64,000 nucleotides of DNA, from the NCBI GenBank assembly GCA_030648205.1, contig JAUSIH010000046.1:1370-65369 (forward strand), in the 5' to 3' direction. Shown piece by piece: positions 54,731 through 64,000 of the stretch (position 1 is its first letter; each line of letters starts with the position of its first letter). A program made the translations under genes and the position numbers. Source of the stretch: Dehalococcoidia bacterium. Lineage in GTDB: Bacteria; Chloroflexota; Dehalococcoidia; JAUSIH01. Below the pieces are notes generated by a model. It had not been told where the DNA came from. It saw only the letters and a program-made list of their open reading frames with translations, and did no database searches.

Positions 54731-56112
54731 AGATAGCGGTGATTGGCGGCGGTGTCCTGGGGATGGCTGCCGCGTACGAGCTCCTGAAGCGGGGCCAGCA
54801 GGTGGCCCTGTACGAGCGCGCGCCCGTCCTAGGCGGGCAGGTCCGGACGTTCAACGTGGGCGGCGGGCGTCTGGAGTGCTTCTACCACCACCTCTTCACC
54901 TCCGACGTGGACATGATTGACCTCATCCACGACCTGGGCCTTGGTGATAACCTGACGTGGATTCCCTCCCGTATGGGTTTCTTTCATGGGGGGCGGATAC
55001 ACAACTTCGTAACGCCCATGGACCTGCTGCGGTTCAGCCCCATCAGTATTGTGGACCGCGTGCGGCTGGGGTTGCTCGCTCTCTACCTGGGGCGGTTCTC
55101 CAACTGGGAGAAGCTGGAGGGCATCCCAGCGCAGGAATGGATTAATCGGTACGCGGGCAAGCGCATCTCCGACGTGGTGTGGGGGCCGCTGCTGCGCGGC
55201 AAGTTCGGCGACGCCGCCCGCGAGGTTGGCATGGTGTGGTTCTGGGGCAAGGTGTACCTGCGTTTTTCCTCCCGCAAGGGAGGCCGCGAGACGCTGGGCT
55301 ACCCGCTGGGGAGCTTCGGGACAATTATCGAGGCGCTGGAGCAGCGCATCCGCGCAATGGGCGGAGAGGTCCACGCGCCCGCACAAATCAACCGGATTGT
55401 GGTGGAGGACGGGCGAGCCGTCGGACTTGAGCTGGGCGGCGACGGCGGGCCGACGGTGCGCCGCTTTGACCGGGTGCTCGCCACCGTGCCGTCGTACGTC
55501 TTCCCCCGGCTTGCGCCGGACCTACCCCCGGCCTACCTGGACAAGCTCCAGCGCGTGCGCTACCACACGGCGTTCTGCCTCATCCTTGTCATGAAACGGC
55601 CCCTGAGTCACATCTACTGGCTGAACGTGGCCGACAGGACGATTCCCTTCGTGGCGGCCATTGAGCAGACAAACTTCATCCCGCCGGAGCAGTACGGGGG
55701 CAAGCACATCGTGTACCTGTCCAACTACCTGCCCAAGACGCACCCTCTGTACGCCAAGAACGCGGACGAGATGTTCCAGGAGTTCCTCCCGCACTTGCGG
55801 CGCATCAACCCCCAGTTCGACCCGTCGTGGGTGGAGGAGAAGCACTTGTTCAAGGACGAGGCCGGGCAGCCCATCATCACCACCAATTACCTGAAGCAGA
55901 TTCCGGAGCACAAGACGCCGTTCCGCGACCTGTGGCTCGCCAACACGACGCAGGTGTACCCGGAGGACAGGGGGACCAACTACAGCGTCCGGCTGGCGCG
56001 CAAGGTGGTCATCCTGATGCTGCGCGACGCGGGCCTGGACGTGCCCGCCAAGATGCTCCCCGGCCGGGTGCCGCGCTCCCTCGTGGGCCTGGAGCGGGAG
56101 GGCCTCTCCTGA
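54727..56112 (+). CDS. NAD(P)/FAD-dependent oxidoreductase (amine-oxidase / phytoene-desaturase-like fold)
   Basis: MKIAVIGGGVLGMAAAYEL (GxGxxG Rossmann) ...LYERAPVLGG. It overlaps the upstream gene by 4 bp. Confidence 0.8.
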   Translation: MKIAVIGGGVLGMAAAYELLKRGQQVALYERAPVLGGQVRTFNVGGGRLECFYHHLFTSDVDMIDLIHDLGLGDNLTWIPSRMGFFHGGRIHNFVTPMDLLRFSPISIVDRVRLGLLALYLGRFSNWEKLEGIPAQEWINRYAGKRISDVVWGPLLRGKFGDAAREVGMVWFWGKVYLRFSSRKGGRETLGYPLGSFGTIIEALEQRIRAMGGEVHAPAQINRIVVEDGRAVGLELGGDGGPTVRRFDRVLATVPSYVFPRLAPDLPPAYLDKLQRVRYHTAFCLILVMKRPLSHIYWLNVADRTIPFVAAIEQTNFIPPEQYGGKHIVYLSNYLPKTHPLYAKNADEMFQEFLPHLRRINPQFDPSWVEEKHLFKDEAGQPIITTNYLKQIPEHKTPFRDLWLANTTQVYPEDRGTNYSVRLARKVVILMLRDAGLDVPAKMLPGRVPRSLVGLEREGLS

Positions 56113-57770
<1,658 letters not shown>

Positions 57771-58244
57771 ATGGCGACTGCCCTGGCGGATGTCATCGCC
57801 GCTTTGAAGAAAGAGTCTGAAGTCACCGTCCTCTCCGCCCTCATCGAAGTCCAGGAGCAGCTTCACTACCTGCCGCCCGAGTCCATCCCCGCCGTCGCTG
57901 AGCTGACCGGCCTTTCCGTCAACGACGTGTACACGGTCGCCACGTTCTATACCCACTTCCGCTTCAGTCCACCCGGAGAGCACGTCGTCGAGGCGTGCTG
58001 GGGCCCGTCCTGCCACCTGCGCGGCGCTTCGGAGGTGATGGCCGCCATCGAGAAGGCGGTGGGCGCGACGTTCGACAGCGATACGCCCGACGGCAAGTTC
58101 ACGCTGCGCAGGCTCTCGTGCGCGGGCGCCTGCGGCCACGGGCCGGTGGTCGTGCTGGACCACAAGATGCGCGGCAACATAGGCCCGGCGGACGTGACCG
58201 CCTTTGTTGAGCAGGCACGGAAGTCCGGCGGCGAGCATCATTAG
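57771..58244 (+). CDS. NuoE-like [2Fe-2S] thioredoxin-fold subunit (formate dehydrogenase gamma / HoxE-like)
   Basis: CWGPSCHLRG...CAGACGHGPVVV: the four-Cys 2Fe-2S motif of NuoE/FdsG. Confidence 0.85.
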   Translation: MATALADVIAALKKESEVTVLSALIEVQEQLHYLPPESIPAVAELTGLSVNDVYTVATFYTHFRFSPPGEHVVEACWGPSCHLRGASEVMAAIEKAVGATFDSDTPDGKFTLRRLSCAGACGHGPVVVLDHKMRGNIGPADVTAFVEQARKSGGEHH

Positions 58245-58261
58245 GCGAGGGTGAGGAAGCG

Positions 58262-59992
58262 ATGCCGAGCACATACGATGAGTTGAAGCGACGCGCCCTC
58301 GCCGAAGCGCAGGTAGCGGGCCTGGGCGGCAGGCCCGTCATCACGGTGGGCATGGGCATCTGCGGCGTCTCCGCGGGCGCCCGCGAGGTGTACGCCGCCC
58401 TCCAGGATGAGCTGAAGAAGCAGGGCGTTGACGCCGTGCTGCATCCGGTGGGCTGCGTCGGGTTCTGCTACGCGGAAACGCTGGTGGACATCGCCCGGCC
58501 CGGACAGCCGCGCATATCGTACAAGAACATCACGCCGGAGCGCGTGCCGGAGCTGGTCCGCGACGCCGTCACGGGCGCCAACCTCCGCTCCGACCTGGCC
58601 CTGGGCGCATGGGGCGCATCGCCGTCGCCGGCCATTCCGAACATCCATGAGTTCCCGGAGTGGAAGCACCAGGTCCGCATCGCCACGCGCAACTGCGGCG
58701 TCGTGGACCCGGAGAACACACTGGACTACATCGCACGGGGCGGGTATGCCGCGCTGAACAAGGCGCTGTTCGACATGAAGCCCGACCAGGTCATTGACGA
58801 GGTCATCAAGTCGAACCTGCGTGGTCGCGGCGGCGCGGCCTTCCCGACGGGCCAGAAGTGGAAGTTCCTGGCGGGCTCGCCCGGCCCGGTCAAGTACATC
58901 CTCTGCAACGGGGAAGAGGGCGACGCCGGCGCGTTCAACGACAAGGCGCTGCTGGAGAGCGACCCGAACACCGTGCTTGAGGGAATAATCCTGGCCGGTT
59001 ACGCCACACGGGCCACCAAGGGGTACATCTTCATCCGCTGCGAACACTGGCTCCCCATCCAGCGGGCGCGTCGCGCCATCAAGCAGGCGTATGATCTGGG
59101 TATCCTGGGCAAGAACATCATGGGCTCTGAGTTCAGCTTTGACGCCGCGGTAGCCCAGACGGGGGAGTCCTACGTCTCTGGTGAGGAGACAGCCCTGATG
59201 GAGGCCATCGAGGGCAGGCGCGCCATGCCGCGCCCGCGACCGCCGTTCCCCGCGGCGGTCGGACTTTGGGGCAAGCCCAGCAACATCAACAACGTGAAGA
59301 CATACTCGTATGTGCCAGAGATAGTGGCCAGGGGCGGCGCGTGGTACGCCTCCGTTGGCAGTGAGCGCAGCAAAGGCACGGGCCTGGTCTGCCTCTCCGG
59401 CGATATTCGCAAGCCCGGCCTATATGAGCTGCCCTTCGGTCTGCCGCTGACCGCCGTCATCCGGGACGTCGGCGGAGGCTGTCCGGACGGCAAGAAGGTC
59501 AAGTTTCTCCAGACCGGCGGCCCGCTGGGCGGCTTCCTGCCCGCCTCGCTGATGGAAAAGACGCCCATGGACTTCGATGCCATGAACGCCACGGGCGCCA
59601 TGTTCGGCTCCGGCGGCATCATCGTCGGCAGCGAGGACGCGTGCGTGGTGGATGTGACCAGGGTGCTGACCGAGTTCAACGCGGACGAGTCCTGCGGCAA
59701 GTGTTTCCCGTGCCGCCTGGGCACGCACCACATCAACCAGATCATGAGCCGCATCGCCGAGGGCAAGGGCAGGCCCCAGGATATGCAGACGGCGCTGGGC
59801 CTGGCGCCGAGCCTGGCGGCGTCGCTGTGCGCCCACGGCCAACTGGCCACGAATCCCATACGCACCGCCTATCAATACTTCAAGGATGAGATCGAAGCGC
59901 ACATCAAGGAAAGACGCTGTCCCGCGGGCCGGTGCGCCGCCATGCGGTCCCACGGGTCGGGAGCGCTCGCGGGCGCCGGCAACAAGCGGTAG
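58262..59992 (+). CDS. NuoF-like NAD(H)- and FMN-binding subunit (formate dehydrogenase beta / HoxF-like) with an N-terminal Trx-like extension
   Basis: GRGGAAFPTGQKWKF (FMN site), ILCNGEEGDAGAF (NADH site) and a C-terminal 4Fe-4S motif ESCGKCFPCRLG. Confidence 0.85.
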   Translation: MPSTYDELKRRALAEAQVAGLGGRPVITVGMGICGVSAGAREVYAALQDELKKQGVDAVLHPVGCVGFCYAETLVDIARPGQPRISYKNITPERVPELVRDAVTGANLRSDLALGAWGASPSPAIPNIHEFPEWKHQVRIATRNCGVVDPENTLDYIARGGYAALNKALFDMKPDQVIDEVIKSNLRGRGGAAFPTGQKWKFLAGSPGPVKYILCNGEEGDAGAFNDKALLESDPNTVLEGIILAGYATRATKGYIFIRCEHWLPIQRARRAIKQAYDLGILGKNIMGSEFSFDAAVAQTGESYVSGEETALMEAIEGRRAMPRPRPPFPAAVGLWGKPSNINNVKTYSYVPEIVARGGAWYASVGSERSKGTGLVCLSGDIRKPGLYELPFGLPLTAVIRDVGGGCPDGKKVKFLQTGGPLGGFLPASLMEKTPMDFDAMNATGAMFGSGGIIVGSEDACVVDVTRVLTEFNADESCGKCFPCRLGTHHINQIMSRIAEGKGRPQDMQTALGLAPSLAASLCAHGQLATNPIRTAYQYFKDEIEAHIKERRCPAGRCAAMRSHGSGALAGAGNKR

Positions 59993-60010
59993 AGATAGGA
60001 GACGGCGACC

Positions 60011-62761
60011 ATGACCCAGCAGCAGAGCAAGCTGGTTACCCTCACCGTTGACGGTGTCGAGGTCAAGGTGCCGCCGGGGACCACTATCCTGGAAGCGGCC
60101 AAGCAGGTGGGCATCAACATACCGTACCTGTGCTACCACCCCATGCTCAAGCCCTACGGCGCTTGTCGCATGTGCGTGGTGGAGGTGGAGAAGCAGCGCG
60201 GTCAGCCTGCCTCCTGCACCTCGCCTGTCTCCGAGGGCATGATGGTCAAGACCAACACTCCGGACGTGCAAAAGACGCGCAATGACATCATGGACCTTGT
60301 CCTGTCCGAGCACCCCCACGGCTGTCTCACATGCTGGCGCGTGATTCACTGCGGGCCGGAGGACATCTGCCTGCGCAACGTCAGCGTCATTGATCGGTGC
60401 GTCATCTGCCCCAAGAACTATCGCTGCGAGCTTCAGTTCATGGCCTGGGACTTCAAGGCGAAGGACACGCCCCTGGGCTATCACTACCGCAACATCCCGC
60501 TGTGGAACAAGAATCCCCTCATCGACCACGACATGAACCTGTGCATCGTCTGCGGGCGCTGCGTCCGCGCCTGCAACGAGATAGAGGGCGTGGACGCCAT
60601 CGTCTTCATCCAGCGGGGCGGCAGGACCATCGTGGGCACGTCGCAGGCCGGCAGTCTGGCGGAGTCCGGCTGCACCTTCTGCGGCGCGTGCGTGGACGTC
60701 TGTCCCGTGGGCGCTATCGTGGAGAAGGACAGCAAGTGGGCCGGCCCGGCGCGGCGCACCGCCACGACGATATGTCCGCATTGCCCTGTGGGCTGCCAGC
60801 TCGGCGTGGGCCTGGACAAGGACGGCAAGATCATCCGTGTCATGCCTGACCTGGACGGCCCCGTGAACCGGGGCCACGCCTGCGCTTGGGGGAAGTTCGG
60901 CATCGTGGACTACGTGCACAGCAAAGATCGGCTGACGACTCCGCTTGTCCGCAAGGACGGTCAGCTTGTGCCCGCCACATGGGACGAGGCGCTGGAGGCC
61001 GCGGCCAGGGCCTTCGCCTCCCACACGGGAAGCGAGGTCGGAGTCGTCGCTTCGCCGCGCTCCACCAACGAGGACCTGTTCGTCCTGCAGAAGTGGGCGC
61101 GGGTCGTCGCGCTGACTAACAACATTGACCATACTGACCACATGTTCCTGCCCAGCTCGCCGCAGGGCATCTCCAGGGCCCTCGGCGGCGCGCAGATGAC
61201 GGGGAACTGGCAGGACATTGAGAAAGCAACCTGCCTCCTGGCCGTGGGCGCGGACCTGATGGCGGACCAGCCGGTCATCGGGGCGCGTGTGCGCAAGGCG
61301 GTCCAGCGTGGCCAGAAGCTCATCGTCGTGGACCCGCGCCGCACCGAGTCGGCGCTGCTCTCCACTGTGTGGCTCCGGAACAGGCCCGGCACAGAGGTGG
61401 CCGTCCTGGGCGGCATCATGCGCGTCCTCCTGGACGAGCGCCTGTGGAACGCGGCGTACGTGGAGCAGAGGTGCGAGGACTTCGCTGTCGTGCAGAAGGC
61501 GGTCGCCGCTTTCGACCTGGACACCGTCGAGAAGACAACGGGCGTGCCGAAGGCCCACATTGAGCTGGCGGCGCGCCTGCTGGCGAAAGCCAGCCCTCCG
61601 TGCATCGTCTATTCCGCGCGCACGAATTTGCCCGGTCACGACACGGACATAGCGGCGGCGCTGGCGGACATGGCCCTGCTCACCGGCGCCATCGGCCGGC
61701 CGGGCGGAGGGCTGAACATCATGCGCCGCGAGGCGAACGGACAGGGCGCCACGGACATGGGATGCGTGCCTATCGCCCTGCCCGGCTCCGGGCATCTGGA
61801 CGACGTGGCTGCGCGCACTCCGTTCGAGCGGGTGTGGGGCAAGGCCCTGCCCAGTCAGCCGGGGTTTTTCGTTCGGGATATGCTGGCCGCCGCGCGCCAG
61901 GGTAGCCTGAAGGCCATGCTCGTCGTGGGGAACGGCGACCTGGCGGCCCGCTACGCCGCCTACGGAGCGGAGGAAGCGCTGCGGTCGCTGAAGGCGCTGG
62001 TGGTGGTGGACATGGCGATGACGGATATGGCCCGGCGGGCGGACGTCGTTCTGCCCGCGGCCTCGTTCGCCGAAGCGGACGGCAGCTATACCAACGTGGA
62101 ACGGCGTATCCAGCGGCTGCGCAAGGTCCTGGACGCGCCCGGGCAGGCCAAGCCTGCCTGGTGGATTATCGCCAAGCTGGCGGAGAAGGCCGGCGCTCAG
62201 GGGTTCGACTATCACGCGCCCGTTGATGTGCTGAAGGAGATCACCGGCCTGGTCCCCACCTACGAGGGCGTCACCTACGCGGGCATCGAGCGGGGCGGCC
62301 TCCAGTGGCCGGTCGCCGGAGCGCGACACGCAGGCACACCCATCCTCCATACCGAGACGTTCTCGCGCGGCAAGGGCCGCTTCCAGCCGTTCCAGCACAA
62401 GGCGCCGCAAGCGCCGCTCGCGGACGGACGCCTGACCGTGATGACGGCGCTCATGCGTGAGATTGCGGGCGTGCGGGAGCTGAAGCACAGGAACCTGGCG
62501 GAGGTGCACCCGGAGGACGCCGCGGCCCTTAAGCTTGTGGAAGGGGACCTGGTGGCTGTTCAGACCCCCGCGGGCGTCGTTGAGGCCCATATCAGGGTGA
62601 CGGCCGAGGCGGCCAGAGGCTATGTGATGCTGAGCCTCTCCATGGGCGATGTGGAGCCGCCAGCCATCCTCTCCCAGCCCGTCGGCAACCCTGCCGCGGC
62701 TCTTGCGGATATCGTCGTTGCGCACGTGGCGCTGGAAAAAGCGGCGGCGCCCGTGGTATAA
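60011..62761 (+). CDS. NAD-dependent formate dehydrogenase alpha subunit-like molybdopterin oxidoreductase (NuoG-type N-terminal Fe-S domains plus Mo-bisPGD catalytic domain; Cys-type, not Sec-type)
   Basis: N-terminal 2Fe-2S (CYHPMLKPYGACRMC), 4Fe-4S clusters (CIVCGRCVRAC; CTFCGACVDVCP) and CPHCPVGCQ. The catalytic region RGHACAWGKFG has Cys at the Sec/Cys position, and the MopB and C-terminal molybdopterin-binding domains complete the protein. Confidence 0.85.
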   Translation: MTQQQSKLVTLTVDGVEVKVPPGTTILEAAKQVGINIPYLCYHPMLKPYGACRMCVVEVEKQRGQPASCTSPVSEGMMVKTNTPDVQKTRNDIMDLVLSEHPHGCLTCWRVIHCGPEDICLRNVSVIDRCVICPKNYRCELQFMAWDFKAKDTPLGYHYRNIPLWNKNPLIDHDMNLCIVCGRCVRACNEIEGVDAIVFIQRGGRTIVGTSQAGSLAESGCTFCGACVDVCPVGAIVEKDSKWAGPARRTATTICPHCPVGCQLGVGLDKDGKIIRVMPDLDGPVNRGHACAWGKFGIVDYVHSKDRLTTPLVRKDGQLVPATWDEALEAAARAFASHTGSEVGVVASPRSTNEDLFVLQKWARVVALTNNIDHTDHMFLPSSPQGISRALGGAQMTGNWQDIEKATCLLAVGADLMADQPVIGARVRKAVQRGQKLIVVDPRRTESALLSTVWLRNRPGTEVAVLGGIMRVLLDERLWNAAYVEQRCEDFAVVQKAVAAFDLDTVEKTTGVPKAHIELAARLLAKASPPCIVYSARTNLPGHDTDIAAALADMALLTGAIGRPGGGLNIMRREANGQGATDMGCVPIALPGSGHLDDVAARTPFERVWGKALPSQPGFFVRDMLAAARQGSLKAMLVVGNGDLAARYAAYGAEEALRSLKALVVVDMAMTDMARRADVVLPAASFAEADGSYTNVERRIQRLRKVLDAPGQAKPAWWIIAKLAEKAGAQGFDYHAPVDVLKEITGLVPTYEGVTYAGIERGGLQWPVAGARHAGTPILHTETFSRGKGRFQPFQHKAPQAPLADGRLTVMTALMREIAGVRELKHRNLAEVHPEDAAALKLVEGDLVAVQTPAGVVEAHIRVTAEAARGYVMLSLSMGDVEPPAILSQPVGNPAAALADIVVAHVALEKAAAPVV

Positions 62762-62841
62762 TGAGCCATGATATGAGTGGAGTGAACCACATCTCCGCGC
62801 CTGACAAAGTATCCAGCAGGCCCATTACGACTGCCGGAGGA

Positions 62842-62876
62842 AGGGTAGTTTGACCGCAACCGCGAGGGTGCGGTCG
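62842..62876 (+). terminator. rho-independent terminator downstream of the formate dehydrogenase alpha gene
   Basis: gaccgcaaccgcgagggtgcggtc is a 7-bp stem with a 10-nt loop, followed by gtttcttttgt. Confidence 0.6.
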
Positions 62877-62886
62877 TTTCTTTTGT

Positions 62887-64000
62887 ATGACCACTATAGC
62901 GACTGAGGCGCCCAAGAAGAAAGCACAAATTCGCCTTGTAGCTCCGTGCACACGCGACTGCCCCGCGGGCATTGACATCCCGCGGTACATAGGCTACGTG
63001 CTGCAGGGCCGTTACTCGGAGGCGATGGCTGTCGTACGTGAGCGGATGCCGTTTCCCTCGGTGTGCGCGCACGTCTGCTACCGCCCCTGCGAGACCGGAT
63101 GCCGTCGCAGCAAGCTGGACGAGCCGGTGGCCATTAACGCGCTCAAACGCGTGGCCGCGGACAACGACGTGAAGAAGGTCTGGCGGCGTGACTGGAAGCT
63201 CGCCCCGCCCACGGGCCGGCGCGTTGCCATTGTCGGCTCGGGGCCCGCGGGGCTCACCGCCGCGTACTACCTGTCGAAGGTGAAGGGACACGGCGTCACC
63301 ATCTTCGAGGCGCTGCCGGAGCTGGGCGGGCAACTGCGCATCGGCATACCGGCGTACCGCCTGCCACGCACGCTGTTGGACGAAGAGATCGACATCATCG
63401 TGGAGGCGGGCGTCAAGGTCGTCCGCAACACGCGGCTGGAGCGCCCGACCGACCTGCTGGACATGGGGTTCAACGCCGTGCTCATTGCCTGCGGCACGAT
63501 GAAGCCGAACACGATGGGCATCCCCGGCGAGGACCTGTCGGAGGTCATTGACGGCGTGCGCTTCCTGGCTGACGCCAACTTGGGCCGCCGCACATCCGTC
63601 GGCGCGCGTGTCGCGATCATCGGCGGCGGCAACGTCGCCCTCGACTGCGCGCGGGTGGCGCTGCGCCTGGGTGCCCAACACGCCGTCATCATCTACCGGC
63701 GCACCCGGCAGGAGATGCCCGCGTATGACTTCGAGGTTGAGGAGGCGGTGCGCGAGGGCGTGGACCTGATGTACCTGGCGTCGCCGCAGAAGATTGAGCA
63801 GGTGGGCGGCGCGCTGCGGCTCCATCTCCAGCGGATGCAACTCGGTGAGCCGGACGCGTCGGGCCGTCGCCGCCCCGTGGCCGTCCCGGGTGAGACGTTT
63901 ACCATGGATGTGGACAACGTTCTTGCGGCCATCGGGCAGTCGGCGGACACCGCGCCGTTCGGCCTGGATGTGAACAAGGACGGCACGATCAAGGCGGAAA
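62887..64000 (+). CDS. GltD-like NAD(P)H-dependent FAD/Fe-S oxidoreductase (glutamate synthase small-subunit family), partial at the window end
   Basis: N-terminal Fe-S region (CTRDCPAGIDIPRYI...CAHVCYRPCETGC), then VAIVGSGPAGLTAAYYL (FAD) and VAIIGGGNVALDCA (NAD(P)H). The ORF runs off the window end. Confidence 0.8.
   Translation, partial: MTTIATEAPKKKAQIRLVAPCTRDCPAGIDIPRYIGYVLQGRYSEAMAVVRERMPFPSVCAHVCYRPCETGCRRSKLDEPVAINALKRVAADNDVKKVWRRDWKLAPPTGRRVAIVGSGPAGLTAAYYLSKVKGHGVTIFEALPELGGQLRIGIPAYRLPRTLLDEEIDIIVEAGVKVVRNTRLERPTDLLDMGFNAVLIACGTMKPNTMGIPGEDLSEVIDGVRFLADANLGRRTSVGARVAIIGGGNVALDCARVALRLGAQHAVIIYRRTRQEMPAYDFEVEEAVREGVDLMYLASPQKIEQVGGALRLHLQRMQLGEPDASGRRRPVAVPGETFTMDVDNVLAAIGQSADTAPFGLDVNKDGTIKAE

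Noticed and set aside
59420-62725. 1101-aa minus-strand ORF
   Set aside because: It is antisense to the NuoF-like and formate dehydrogenase alpha genes. It has no domain signatures. It is a high-GC open-frame artefact.

Overview
This is a high-GC (~67%) bacterial chromosomal segment, most likely from a member of the Chloroflexi. The Chloroflexi call rests on two adjacent large membrane proteins with Chloroflexi/Archaea-restricted signatures (a Chlor_Arch_YYY/DUF2298 protein with a literal SISYYYFGY motif, and its usual TIGR03663-type partner). The core genes are ordinary housekeeping and metabolic genes: the polA 5'-3' exonuclease domain, rpsU, tRNA-Gly, rnc, cca, corA, ftsY and comM; a PadR-arsM pair; three paralogous LLM/F420-type oxidoreductases; a peptide-type ABC importer; a thiolase plus HMG-CoA-synthase-like/DUF35 pair; an RND pump; a crotonase; a NuoEFG-like NAD-dependent formate dehydrogenase operon with a GltD-like oxidoreductase; and two radical SAM/SPASM enzymes next to a cytochrome c. 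The window is not plain core, though. It carries several small low-GC insertions: a GmrSD-like DUF262/DUF1524 type IV restriction enzyme, a 425-aa PD-(D/E)xK-motif protein, and a coiled-coil hypothetical protein with a perfect 17-bp palindrome and a 10-bp-periodic tandem array nearby. An IS110-family element is also present. Four toxin-antitoxin cassettes (three HicAB-type, one VapBC) each sit on a junction signature: a duplicated 3' end of comM, roughly 380-bp direct repeats made from the 3' end of the upstream gene, a tRNA-Gly 3' flank, or a 40-bp duplicated promoter. The most notable point is three in-frame TGA codons. Two fall exactly at redox-active positions of thioredoxin-fold proteins (a UxxC protein and a DsbA/kappa-GST-like protein). 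Each is followed at +13 nt by a hairpin, which argues for selenocysteine decoding. The third interrupts a PadR regulator. A Vms1/VLRF1-like release-factor-fold protein is a further candidate novelty. All calls are from reading the sequence; no database searches were run.
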